Origin: Alphaproteobacteria bacterium
GTDB lineage: Bacteria > Pseudomonadota > Alphaproteobacteria > UBA828
Length of the DNA: 64,000 nt
Direction of reading: 5' to 3'
Assembly: GCA_965237415.1 (NCBI GenBank)
Contig: CBDEFM010000002.1
Coordinates: 800,001-864,000 of the forward strand
Each line of letters begins with the position of its first letter. Positions within the stretch are counted from its first letter, which is position 1. A program made the position numbers and the translations under genes. The notes beneath the pieces are model-generated. The model ran no database searches and was not told where the DNA came from. It saw only the letters and a program-made list of their open reading frames with translations. Positions 1 through 9,089 of this stretch are shown here, one piece after another.

Positions 1-84
1 GCGTGAAGGTTGCGTGTGATATGCTGCGGTATCGGTTAGCCTCGTTGCGGCGCCTCACCTGATAATTCTTACTCCGATGAGAGG

Positions 85-156
85 CAGTCCCGCCGGGACT
101 CGAACCCGAATCGACGCCGTGGAAGGACGCTGCTCTACCTATTGAGCTACGGGCCT
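85..156 (-). tRNA. Degenerate tRNA-Gly(TCC)-like sequence, possibly a pseudo-tRNA
   Basis: Minus strand folds as a cloverleaf: D-arm TAGCTCAATAGGTAGAGC, anticodon arm GCGTC-CTTCCAC-GGCGT (TCC), T-arm TCGGG-TTCGAGT-CCCGG. Atypical features: A1-U72, G3-A70 mismatch, G73, no encoded CCA. Confidence 0.7.
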
Positions 157-202
157 GCCTCCCTCCCATATGATGTGTGTGCCAGCACGCCCGTGTGCGA
201 CG

Positions 203-355
203 CCCTCTACGTCCTCGAAAGACGAAAAGATCGCCCGCGTGGGGATCGCGCCCGAGGTCCTCCTGAACCTGCAGTGCCAGCGTGTTCATGCCGCGCCGCA
301 TGTCCGTCACACCGCTCGCAAGCCACACCCGCATCCCGCTCGGAACCGGGATCAT
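203..355 (-). pseudogene. tnpB: IS66 accessory protein TnpB, 3'-truncated
   Basis: Manual translation from the ATGA overlap with tnpA gives MIPVPSGMRVWLASGVTDMRRGMNTLALQVQEDLGRDPHAGDLFVFRGRRG, the classic IS66 TnpB N-terminus. Similarity then stops; no tnpC follows. Confidence 0.85.
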
Positions 356-780
356 CGCCGATCCAGGACCGCAAGTACCCGCGCCAGCGCCGAGCCATCG
401 ACCGCCCGGTCGACGATCACCCGCCGGCCGCCCGCCAGCACGATCTCCATCCGGCCCGTCGCCGGCGGACCCGCCGCCACTGGATCGTCGAAGGGCGGGT
501 GCATCGTCGCCGCACCCACCTCGTGGCCTGGCACCGCTCCGACAACCACAGGCACGAGCCGGCCGGACCTGGTATCGCACGCCGGCTCGCGAAATAGCCG
601 CCGCCATGCGAACACCTGATTGGCGTTGACGTTGTAGCGCTGGGCGACCATCGGCACCGAAACACCAGGCTCGTGGGTCTCCGCCACGATCTGCCGCTTC
701 TGCGCCTCGCTCCACCGACGGCGTCGGCGACGAACCAGCTCGCCGCTCCCCGCGCCCGACTTCTCCTCGGTATCCGACAT
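352..780 (-). CDS. tnpA: IS66 accessory protein TnpA (HTH)
   Basis: RRRRWSEAQKRQIVAET...SV..VAQRY.VNANQVFAWRR and C-terminal MEIVLAGGRRVIVD..VD..AL.RVL motifs. Confidence 0.9.
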   Translation of the reverse strand: MSDTEEKSGAGSGELVRRRRRRWSEAQKRQIVAETHEPGVSVPMVAQRYNVNANQVFAWRRLFREPACDTRSGRLVPVVVGAVPGHEVGAATMHPPFDDPVAAGPPATGRMEIVLAGGRRVIVDRAVDGSALARVLAVLDRR

Positions 781-876
781 CAGCCAAGTGTCCACTAAGC
801 GCCAAGTGGGCACCTACGAAGTGTCCACTTCCAGAGCACTCAGCCTGCCCAATCCCACCCCATCGGAACAGGCGGC

Positions 877-1947
877 CTACGCCGGAGGCATACGCGCGAT
901 CGCGGTACACACCTGACACTTCGCCTTGCCGGCGTGATAGAGATGCCAATAGCGGGCGCACAGGCGCTTCTGCGCCGCCCAGGCGATGGCCTGCGCCCCG
1001 GGCGGGGCGGCGGCGGCCTTGCGCCTGAGATGAGCGGTCTTGCGAGCCGGGAAGCGATAGCTCCAGGCCGCCTCCACCAGCACACGGCGCACATGGCCGT
1101 TGCCGGTCTTGGTGATCGCCCCCTGGCGTCGCCGAGGGCCCGAGGAATGTTCACTCGGCACCAAGCCGAGGAAGCTCATCAGCTGGCGCGGCGTCTCGAA
1201 GCGCGTCAGGTCCCCCAGCTCCGCCAACACCGTCATCGCCGTGATCAAATCCACCCCGCGCAGGGCCATCAACGCCTCGGCCACAGGGCGCATGGACCAC
1301 GACGCCAGCGCTTGGCGCATCCGATCCTCCAACCCCGCCACGCGGGCCTGCGCCTGCATCACCGTGTCGACATACTCCTGCAATACCACCTGTTGGGCGG
1401 GATGGTCGAAACGCTGCTCCTCCAGCCAGCGAAAGTGCGCCTGCGTCCACCGGCTCTTGCCCGACCGATAGACCCGGTCATGGCGAAGCAGGAACGCTCC
1501 CAGGCGCTGACGCGCCTTGAGCTCGATCGCCTTCATGTCCTCGCGTGCCCGGGTCAGGTCGCGCACCGCCTCCTGTTCCACTCCCGGCACCCACACCGCG
1601 CTCAGCTCCCCGGCGCGGTGAAGACGCGCCAGGTTCAGCGCGTCGCGCCGGTCCGTCTTCACCCGATCCCCGGGCTTGCGCGGGATCAGACTCGGCGCCA
1701 CCACCACGCAGTGGTGCCCGCTCTCGATGATCTCCCGATACACCCCGTAGCCGCAGGGGCCGGCCTCATAGCAGAAGCTCAGCACCTCGCCGTGGGGGCT
1801 CAGCTTGCCAATCAGGCGCCGCAACGAGGAACGCCGATGTCTAATCTCCCCCCGGTACACCGCCTCCGCGCGACCCGCTATCGCAACCGCCACCGCGATC
1901 GTCTCCTTGTGAACGTCCAACCCGACATAGCTGCTATATTCATACAT
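877..1947 (-). CDS. IS110-family transposase; extreme C-terminus replaced by the IS66 insertion
   Basis: YVGLDVHKETI, CYEAGPCGY, KTDRRDA (DEDD RuvC) and LGLVPSEHSSG...GAITKTGN (Tnp20 Ser loop). Ends AIAR-MPPA* instead of the usual AIARELxxFIW. Confidence 0.92.
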   Translation of the reverse strand: MYEYSSYVGLDVHKETIAVAVAIAGRAEAVYRGEIRHRRSSLRRLIGKLSPHGEVLSFCYEAGPCGYGVYREIIESGHHCVVVAPSLIPRKPGDRVKTDRRDALNLARLHRAGELSAVWVPGVEQEAVRDLTRAREDMKAIELKARQRLGAFLLRHDRVYRSGKSRWTQAHFRWLEEQRFDHPAQQVVLQEYVDTVMQAQARVAGLEDRMRQALASWSMRPVAEALMALRGVDLITAMTVLAELGDLTRFETPRQLMSFLGLVPSEHSSGPRRRQGAITKTGNGHVRRVLVEAAWSYRFPARKTAHLRRKAAAAPPGAQAIAWAAQKRLCARYWHLYHAGKAKCQVCTAIARMPPA

Positions 1948-2046
1948 GACCTGCCCTCCTCGATGTGGCTCTGCCCTCGACATCGTCTGACCCCGAGCGT
2001 AACCCACGATACTCGAGGCCAGGGCAGGTCAATCCATGATGTCTAG

Positions 2047-2190
2047 CAGTCTGTCGGACTTTCGACCTCAGAAAGTCGTAACTCATTGATTTTCCGCGTT
2101 TTTGATTTCACCATGGGAATGATTCGATTCAAGAATATGTATATTTTTCAACAAGTTGCGAAATCGGCGCCCGCTAAGTCCGACAGACTG
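2047..2190. mobile_element. 144-bp non-autonomous MITE with 15-bp perfect terminal inverted repeats
   Basis: CAGTCTGTCGGACTT (2047-2061) and AAGTCCGACAGACTG (2176-2190), flanked by CTAG on both sides (2043-2046, 2191-2194). AT-rich non-coding interior. Confidence 0.8.
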
Positions 2191-2193
2191 CTA

Positions 2194-3370
2194 GTGTCCC
2201 GTACGCAAAGTTCATATAGTTAAGCGGGGGTGGCGATTCGGGGGACATGGCGATGCGGCCTTCGGTGGAGATCAAGCTGACTGAGGACGAGCGCAGCGAG
2301 CTGGCGCGGCTGGCGCGGGGGCGCAAGGTCTGGCGGGCTCTGTCGGAGCGGGCGCACATCGTGCTGCTGGCGGCCGAGGGGCTGACCAATGTGCAGATCG
2401 GGAACGTACTGGGCGTGACCGATCAGACCGCCAGGAAGTGGCGCAACCGGTTTGCGGAGCAGCGTCTCGATGGACTTGACGACGAGCCCCGCTCCGGTCG
2501 TCCACGACGTATCAAGGACGACAACGTGGCCGAGGTGATCCGCAAAACGCTGGAGGAGACGCCTCGTGACGCGACCCACTGGAGCACGCGCTCGATGGCG
2601 CGGTCTACGGGCTACGCGCCGTCGACGATCCACCGGATGTGGCGGGCCTTTTCCCTGCAGCCCCACCGCAGCGAGACCTTCAAGCTCTCGGCGGACCCGT
2701 ACTTCGTGGACAAGACGCGCGACATCGTCGGGCTGTACGTGGACCCGCCGCAGCATGCCCTGGTTCTCTGTGTGGACGAGAAGTCCCAGGTTCAGGCCCT
2801 CGATCGCACCCAGCCCCTGCTACCGCTGCGGCCCGGCCAGGTCGAGCGGCGCACCCATGACTACAAGCGCAATGGCACGACCTCGCTGTTCGCCGCCCTC
2901 GACGTCGCCACCGGGACGGTCATCGGACAGTGCTACCGGCGCCACCGTAGCGCGGAGTTCCGGAAGTTCCTGGATCACGTCGAGGCCAATGTTCCGCCTG
3001 ATCTCGAGATCCACATCGTTATGGACAACTACTCGACCCACAAGACGAAGACGGTCCGCGACTGGTTCGCCCGGCGTCCGCGCTGGTATGTCCATTTCAC
3101 GCCGACGTCTGCCTCATGGCTCAACCAGGTCGAGCGCTTCTTCGCCGAGCTGACGGAAAAGCAGATCCGGCGCGGCGTTCACCGCTCGACCGCCGAACTG
3201 GAGCGGGCAATCGCCAACTACATCGAGACCGTCAACGAGCACCCAAAGCCGTTCCGATGGCACAAGTCGGCCGACGACATCTTGGCGTCCATCAAGCGCT
3301 TCTGCCTCAGGACCCTCGAAACCGCTTCGGCGACCGCATCATAACGGTACGAACTTAGGAATCAGGACAC
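2194..3370 (+). mobile_element. IS630-family insertion sequence, apparently complete
   Basis: Left end GTGTCCCGTACGCAAAGTTC versus reverse complement of the right end GTGTCCTGATTCCTAAGTTC. TA on both flanks (2192-2193, 3371-3372). Confidence 0.9.
2247..3344 (+). CDS. IS630-family transposase
   Basis: N-terminal HTH ([17 protein letters not shown]) and DDE motifs [26 protein letters not shown]. Confidence 0.95.
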   Translation: MAMRPSVEIKLTEDERSELARLARGRKVWRALSERAHIVLLAAEGLTNVQIGNVLGVTDQTARKWRNRFAEQRLDGLDDEPRSGRPRRIKDDNVAEVIRKTLEETPRDATHWSTRSMARSTGYAPSTIHRMWRAFSLQPHRSETFKLSADPYFVDKTRDIVGLYVDPPQHALVLCVDEKSQVQALDRTQPLLPLRPGQVERRTHDYKRNGTTSLFAALDVATGTVIGQCYRRHRSAEFRKFLDHVEANVPPDLEIHIVMDNYSTHKTKTVRDWFARRPRWYVHFTPTSASWLNQVERFFAELTEKQIRRGVHRSTAELERAIANYIETVNEHPKPFRWHKSADDILASIKRFCLRTLETASATAS

Positions 3371-3790
3371 TAGTTTGCCGTATGCCGAAACGATGATGAC
3401 TCGTCACGGAGCATCAGTGAGTTTAGCGTAGGGCACTCACCGATCCTGCCGATCATCAGCCCGACTTGGCATGTGCTCCAGCACGAGGCCTTGCGCGCAG
3501 ACGGGCGCATTCGTATTGCATTGCCCGGAACAATCTCCCTGCCCTCACTATCGGTACCGCGCGGAACACTCTGCCGCATGCGCCTGCCAAGGGGGTGGGA
3601 GTCGGTCGCTCTTCCAACCTGTTGTATTCACCCGACTTTTCGGTCTGCAGTCGCGCCAGCCCCACACCCTGCCCATCACAACCGATCTGAACATAACGGA
3701 CGTCCCAGGACCAGTCCGCACCGAATCACGTTGGCGCCCTGGACGGGGGCCAGGGCTGCGTGCCCGAACGCCGGGACATCCTTGGCGACG

Positions 3791-4003
3791 TCACTGAGGA
3801 CCGAGATCGCCGTGCGCCACCGGCCGCCCTGCGGCCCACTCGTCAAGGTCCACGACCCTCCACCTCACCGCCCGCTTGCCGATCTTCACCGGTTCCGGGA
3901 ATCGACCGGCGCGCATCTCGCAATAGATCCAGCTGCGCGATACGCCGAACCGCTCTTCGACCTCTTCGCGGCGCAAGAGCTCCCGCACTCCGTTCTCACT
4001 CAT
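3791..4003 (-). CDS. AlpA-family regulator / excisionase-like protein
   Basis: LLRREEVEERFGVSRSWIY..M..G.FPEPVKIG.RAVRW...DLDEW. Confidence 0.9.
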   Translation of the reverse strand: MSENGVRELLRREEVEERFGVSRSWIYCEMRAGRFPEPVKIGKRAVRWRVVDLDEWAAGRPVAHGDLGPQ

Positions 4004-4066
4004 CACCAGCCTCCAGTTTCCCCGCCTCCGATGATCTGCTGACACGCCACAGCCACCCCATCGCCG

Positions 4067-4774
4067 CTAAGGCCTTCGAACCACGAGCGGACAATTCACC
4101 TCGGCATCGGTCCGCATGGCCTCGCTCACGCAATCGACGACCGCGCGCCCGTAGTTGTCCCAGATATGGCCGCGCCAGCCGCCGGTGGGGTCGTGCAGCG
4201 GGATGACCTGGAACTGCTGCTCGACCAGCACGCCGAGCAGCAGGAAAGCGGGCAGGCACACCGCCATCGCGAGCGCCGCCAACCGCCGCCCCCAACGCCG
4301 CTCGGCCTTGGCCCAACGATCAAAATCCGCCCGGTGAGTCCCCAGCCCCTCCGACAGCTCCGCCGCCGCCCTGACCGCCCCCACATAGTCCGGGTCCGTC
4401 CCGCCCAACCGCTCCAGCGACCTGACGAGCTTCTCCCATTCCGCCTTGGACGGGCCCGGCTCGCGCTTCATGCCTTCCTCGACCAGCGACGAGACGTAGC
4501 GAACGACCTTCAGAACCTCGCCGAGCGCCTCCGCCTCGCCCGCAGCTGCCGTGCCGGGAGGCCGAGCCGGGCCCGTCTTCGCCTCTCCGCCCGGCTCCGC
4601 ATCGATGTTCCCTGCGACCGATGCACCGCTCTCGGCTTCCGTCCCCTCGTCAACGAGTGGCTCGCCGCCGGATGCATCCCACAGCTCGCCTTGCCGCTCC
4701 CCGTCCTCCGGGGACATCTCCGCGGCTTCTCTCGCGTCATCAGCGCCATCCGGCATCACGGGTCTCCTCCCCAT
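4067..4774 (-). CDS. Hypothetical single-pass membrane protein
   Basis: Protein-like C-terminal part of ORF 4067..6730. Its ATG overlaps the virD4 stop (TGATG); TM segment LAALAMAVCLPAFLLLGVLV. Start uncertain (4774 or 4756). Confidence 0.65.
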   Translation of the reverse strand: MGRRPVMPDGADDAREAAEMSPEDGERQGELWDASGGEPLVDEGTEAESGASVAGNIDAEPGGEAKTGPARPPGTAAAGEAEALGEVLKVVRYVSSLVEEGMKREPGPSKAEWEKLVRSLERLGGTDPDYVGAVRAAAELSEGLGTHRADFDRWAKAERRWGRRLAALAMAVCLPAFLLLGVLVEQQFQVIPLHDPTGGWRGHIWDNYGRAVVDCVSEAMRTDAEVNCPLVVRRP

Positions 4775-6753
4775 CACTCCACGCCTCCTCTCGCGATCGA
4801 CACCGGCCACCGCAGCCGCCCGCCCGCGCGCCCCTCCGCCGCCGCGCGTTCCTTGCGCAGCACGAACGGGTTGGGATCCGCCAGCCACCGGGCATCCGGG
4901 CGGCGCCAGTAGGGGGCGTGGTGCAGATAGAGCGCATCGCGCGGCATGTCCTTCGCGGCGGCGATCACGTACTGCCGGTCCGGCCCCAGGGTCATCAGCT
5001 CGTCGGGCGTCACCAGCCGCTCGCGGACCAGCGATGTCGACTCGCCGGCCTGCCACTGGGTGTTGGCGGTGACGATGCGGCTCTCGGCGACGGTGCCTGA
5101 CTTGCTCTCGGTCCGGCCTTCGAAGGTGGCGGTGCCGATGGCCCTGGAGAGCTCCTCGGCGCCCTCCGCGTCGGTCCTCGGGAAGCCCAGCACCTGGACC
5201 AGCTCGGCGAGGTGCAACAGCGTCTTGCGGTGCTCCTTGCCCCAGCTCGAATCCAGCGCCGAGATGGACTGTGCAAAGCACCAGAAGTGGACGCCCTTGC
5301 CGGCGGCCATGGTGTAGCCGTCCATGACCGGCTTGAGGAAGCCGATCCGCGGCATCTCGTCGATGACGATCAGCAGGTCCCGCTTCAGCGGCTTGATGCC
5401 GGCCACGGCGTTGGGGATGGCGACCCAGAGGCGCAGCCAGCCCTTGACGTGCTCGATGGTCTCCTCGGGCGCGACCACGAAGAGGTCGGTGTCGCCCTCG
5501 GCCAGCATCAGCGGATCGAAGCTTGAGGTCCGCGTGCTGGCGAGCAGCTCGGGATGGGTGAGGAAGGCGAGCTGATTGGCGATCGTGGTGAAGTTCGATC
5601 CCCCTTCCTCCTTGCCCACCTGGGCCTGGCGCTCGACCGCTATATGGGTGAGCCCCCCGGCGAAGCGATCTGTCCCCTGCACCAGTTCCGCAAACGCCTT
5701 CCTCTGCTCCGGCGCCATCGACAGCATGCGGTGCACGGTCGCGAGCTCGCGTCTCTTCGGGGGCTCCTTGAAACGCACCCAGGCCATGTAGCCGGCGATG
5801 ATCGCGCGTGCGGACTCGTAGAAGTGCCGGCTGTTCTGGTGCGCATCGGCCCGCGGCGGCGTGAGCAGCGCGTCGAGCAGGACGTTGATGTCGCGGACGG
5901 CGAGCCCCTCGTCGTCCCGTATGAATGCCAGCGGATTGTAGGTGGCGCTCCTCACTACGGGCAGATGGCACTGGGGGAACGCGTCCCTGTGGCCCTTCGT
6001 CACGCCGAAGGGATCGAGCAGCAGGACACGGCGGCCCATCTCGCGGCGGCGGCGCGCGGCGATGCACCAGAGCTCGCCGCGCGGGTCGATGATGACGGTC
6101 GACCCGTCGAAGCCCCGGTCTTCGGGCGAGAGCAGGTTGAGCGCGATGGTGGCGCCCTTGCCGGTACGCGGCGGGGCGACGGTGATGGCGGAGCCCTCGA
6201 GGGACCAGCCGATCAACGGTGCGTTGCCGCCACCGCCCCACTGGCCGAGCAGGATGCCCTTGCGCTTCGCGAGGCGGCGCAGGAAGCGGCGCCCGAGCAG
6301 GCTCGCCCTGCCGTGGAGGTCGGACTCGGCGCGCCTCCGCCGGTCTCCGCTCTTCAGATGCCTGAGGCCGGCGAGCGCCACCTCCAGCCAGAGCACGACG
6401 AGCAGCATGACGGCCGGGCCCGGCACGACGAGAACCGCCAGCCCCACCCCGTCCAGCCGGTCCAGCCACGCCATCGCGGCGCCGAACGACGGCGCCCCCT
6501 GCAGCGGCCGGACGATGCCGCTCCAGAACGAGGCGGCGGCGACCGCGAGCGCCCCGCCGTAGAGCCCGAAGCGGAACCAGAGGGCCGAGTCCTTGCGGTC
6601 GGCCGCCATGTAAGCGAGGAACGACGCCCCGAGGCCGAGGCCGAGAGCGGCGGCGGTCGCGTCCTCCGGCCGGTATCCGGTGACCAGCCACGCCGCCCAG
6701 CCGCCGCCGGCGGCGAGGAGAACGAGACACAAGCTCAGCTGGATCGTTCTCAT
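4774..6753 (-). CDS. virD4: Type IV coupling protein, VirD4/TraG family
   Basis: N-terminal TM helices, LHGRA motif, Walker A APPRTGKG, IIDPRGEL, YNPLAFI, Walker B IVIDEMPRIG, Q-motif QSISAL, RLVTPDEL. Confidence 0.9.
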   Translation of the reverse strand: MRTIQLSLCLVLLAAGGGWAAWLVTGYRPEDATAAALGLGLGASFLAYMAADRKDSALWFRFGLYGGALAVAAASFWSGIVRPLQGAPSFGAAMAWLDRLDGVGLAVLVVPGPAVMLLVVLWLEVALAGLRHLKSGDRRRRAESDLHGRASLLGRRFLRRLAKRKGILLGQWGGGGNAPLIGWSLEGSAITVAPPRTGKGATIALNLLSPEDRGFDGSTVIIDPRGELWCIAARRRREMGRRVLLLDPFGVTKGHRDAFPQCHLPVVRSATYNPLAFIRDDEGLAVRDINVLLDALLTPPRADAHQNSRHFYESARAIIAGYMAWVRFKEPPKRRELATVHRMLSMAPEQRKAFAELVQGTDRFAGGLTHIAVERQAQVGKEEGGSNFTTIANQLAFLTHPELLASTRTSSFDPLMLAEGDTDLFVVAPEETIEHVKGWLRLWVAIPNAVAGIKPLKRDLLIVIDEMPRIGFLKPVMDGYTMAAGKGVHFWCFAQSISALDSSWGKEHRKTLLHLAELVQVLGFPRTDAEGAEELSRAIGTATFEGRTESKSGTVAESRIVTANTQWQAGESTSLVRERLVTPDELMTLGPDRQYVIAAAKDMPRDALYLHHAPYWRRPDARWLADPNPFVLRKERAAAEGRAGGRLRWPVSIARGGVE

Positions 6754-6799
6754 CGGATGTCGACCTCGCTCCTGTTCACGGGATGCATTGCGGGCACGG

Positions 6800-9085
6800 T
6801 CAGCTCCCGGCCCCGCCGCGCCGGCTCCGGGCGCCTATGCGGACGGCGCCGAGGCGCGAGATGCCGCCGACCGCCGCGCCGCCGGTGCGCTCGCTGCCGT
6901 CGTCGCCGGCGCCGGCGCGCCCGCCGATCCAGTCGAGAACGGCGGACGGCAGCAGGTCGATCAGCTTGAAGGAGGCGTTCATCAGGCCGTAGGCGATGAT
7001 GACGTAGAGGGCGAGCATTGCGAGGAAGCCGACCGGCCCGAGGCCGCCGGAGGCGCCGGCGTCGCGCATCTGCGGCAGCCAGACTTCGTTGAAGAGCCCG
7101 ATGCCGGCGAGGAAGACGAAGTAGCCGAGGATGAGGCCGAGCAGCATCAGCGCAGGCCGCAGCACCAGGGCGGGGAGGAACAGCCAGCCCTGGCGCGTCG
7201 CCTGGGTCGTCAGCCTGTTGCCGTCCTCGCGGGTCACGTGGGCGGCGGCAAACACGGTGACCGCCAGCACGGCGACGGCCACGTTGAGGATCCAGCCGAG
7301 GATGCCGAAGAGGAAGCGGATGAAGGGCAATGCCGGCAGCACGTAGGCGAGCACCGCGCCCGCGATGATGAGGAGCCCGAGCAGGGTCGAGACCAGGGCG
7401 TCGGAGACCTGCCAGGCGGACTCGAAGACGTCCAGTCCCTTGCCGATGAAGGGGATCGATTCGAGCAGCCCGGATCCCGTGGCGGCGCCCATGAGCGCGG
7501 CGATCGCCGCCAGCGCAGCGTTGAGCAGGCCGTGACCCAGCGCGGCGAGATCGGCGATGGGGTTGCCGCTGTCGGCGACGATCACGCTGTCGAGGTCGAT
7601 GAACTCGAGCAGGCCCGAGACCATGCCGCCGCTTCCGCCCGCCGCCGGCAGCGCGCCGGCGCCGGCGTTGGCGGCCGAGAGCAGCATGGGATGGTACCGG
7701 GCCGAGCGGGCGAGCTGGGCCGCGACGCCCTTCACCGCCGCGTCGGCCGACGGCACCCACTCCTCGAGGCTCGGGGTGGGCAGCGCCACGGACGGCACGT
7801 TGTGGGCGGCTGCCTGGAAGAGGCCGACGCGGTGGGCGATGGTGTTGAAGAAGCTCGCCGCCGCCATCCAGGATGCCTCGCGCGCGTCCTCGGCGACCAC
7901 CCGGGCGAGCGTCTCGCGCTCCTCGGACGCGGCGCGGGTGAGCGCCGCGTCGAGCGTTCGCGCGTAGGACCCCGCCAGATCCTGCGCAGCCAGCAGCGCG
8001 TCGATGTCGGGAAGCGGGCGGCCGTAGACCGGGGTGCCGGGCACGTAGTGGGCGGCGAGGCGGGCGGCGATGGCGCGGACCGCCGGAAGCAGGCTCGTGA
8101 GCGCCCGCCGGTGGCCTTGCGCCGCGATGCCGGGGGCGCCGTCGGCGTCCAGGCCCGAGAAATGGACGGCGCCGCACATGTCGTCCGGCATCCCGCCGCC
8201 CTCGCCGTCGTAGTGGTACGACACGGTGCCGTCGTCGTCGTCCTCGTCGATCTCCACGTAGGCGTCGTCGCCCGCCAGGGCGGCGCTCTCGTTGGCTGCG
8301 TGGGCGCAAGTCTCGGCGATCAGGGTGCGCGAGATGGCGGCCCGCCAAAGTGCCTCGCGGGGCCGCGGCACGATCGGCCGGCTCTCGGCCAGCGCCTCCT
8401 CGGAGAAGGGCTTCCAGACTGCGTTGGCGAAGTCGCCGCCGAGATGAGCCAATCCAACCACGGCATGCTGGGCGCCGTTCATGCCGCCCGGCAGCGGCGC
8501 CATCAGGGCGATCGCCGTGACGATGCGGACGATCGCCCAGGCGCCGAAGCCGAAGCGCCCCTCGCGCGCGGTATCGACCGTGCCGGCGGCGGCGTGCCAG
8601 ACCAGCAGGAAGCCCGCCAGCACCAGGACGCCGGCGTTGAAGGCGAAGAGCATGTCGCCGACGGCGGACGGGCGCGCCTGGCCGAGGCCGCCCAGGAAGG
8701 AGAGCACGTCGCGGGTCGCGCTGTCCGTGTCGGCGAAGAGGCCCCGGTCGATCGACTGCCCGAACGCCGGCTCCGGCGGCGGGACCGCGGCGAGGGCCAG
8801 GCCGGCGAGCGCCAGGACCGCGAGCAGAAGCAGCAATCCGGAACCGCTCCGGGTGCCTTCGCTCCGAGGCCCGGCACCCGCCGCACGACCCATTCCCGCC
8901 GCTCCGGGGGCCTTCCCCTCGCAGCCGTTCTGCATGACTGCCCGGTTTCCTGCAGCGTTCTCCCGACCGCCGGGCCGTGCCCGCCATGCCCCTTCCAGAT
9001 CCCGGAGCAGTGCAGCAGCCGATCCCACCGCCTCGGCGAGGGGTCGGCCGAGCTCCGGGGCGAACAGGAAGCGGAAGGGGCGCAT
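6800..9085 (-). CDS. dotA: DotA/TraY-family polytopic T4BSS membrane protein
   Basis: FNAGVL..A, TAREG..G, W.IVRI...ALM.PLP.G.NGAQ, NPIADL..LG..LL, LAYVLPALPFIRF, LRPALMLLGL, FKLIDLLPS.VL.WIGG. Confidence 0.88.
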   Translation of the reverse strand: MRPFRFLFAPELGRPLAEAVGSAAALLRDLEGAWRARPGGRENAAGNRAVMQNGCEGKAPGAAGMGRAAGAGPRSEGTRSGSGLLLLLAVLALAGLALAAVPPPEPAFGQSIDRGLFADTDSATRDVLSFLGGLGQARPSAVGDMLFAFNAGVLVLAGFLLVWHAAAGTVDTAREGRFGFGAWAIVRIVTAIALMAPLPGGMNGAQHAVVGLAHLGGDFANAVWKPFSEEALAESRPIVPRPREALWRAAISRTLIAETCAHAANESAALAGDDAYVEIDEDDDDGTVSYHYDGEGGGMPDDMCGAVHFSGLDADGAPGIAAQGHRRALTSLLPAVRAIAARLAAHYVPGTPVYGRPLPDIDALLAAQDLAGSYARTLDAALTRAASEERETLARVVAEDAREASWMAAASFFNTIAHRVGLFQAAAHNVPSVALPTPSLEEWVPSADAAVKGVAAQLARSARYHPMLLSAANAGAGALPAAGGSGGMVSGLLEFIDLDSVIVADSGNPIADLAALGHGLLNAALAAIAALMGAATGSGLLESIPFIGKGLDVFESAWQVSDALVSTLLGLLIIAGAVLAYVLPALPFIRFLFGILGWILNVAVAVLAVTVFAAAHVTREDGNRLTTQATRQGWLFLPALVLRPALMLLGLILGYFVFLAGIGLFNEVWLPQMRDAGASGGLGPVGFLAMLALYVIIAYGLMNASFKLIDLLPSAVLDWIGGRAGAGDDGSERTGGAAVGGISRLGAVRIGARSRRGGAGS

Positions 9086-9089
9086 GGCC

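Larger units (their letters stand above)
203..893 (-). mobile_element. Truncated IS66-family element (left end, tnpA, partial tnpB)
   Basis: Minus strand begins GTATGCCTCCGGCG at 893, resembling IS66 GTA(A/T)GC termini, and is followed by tnpA and tnpB'. Confidence 0.75.

Noticed and set aside
85-156. tRNA-Gly as the integration site of this element
   Set aside because: Its 3' end points away from the element, and I found no duplicate of its 3' end in the window. Cannot be excluded with flanking data.
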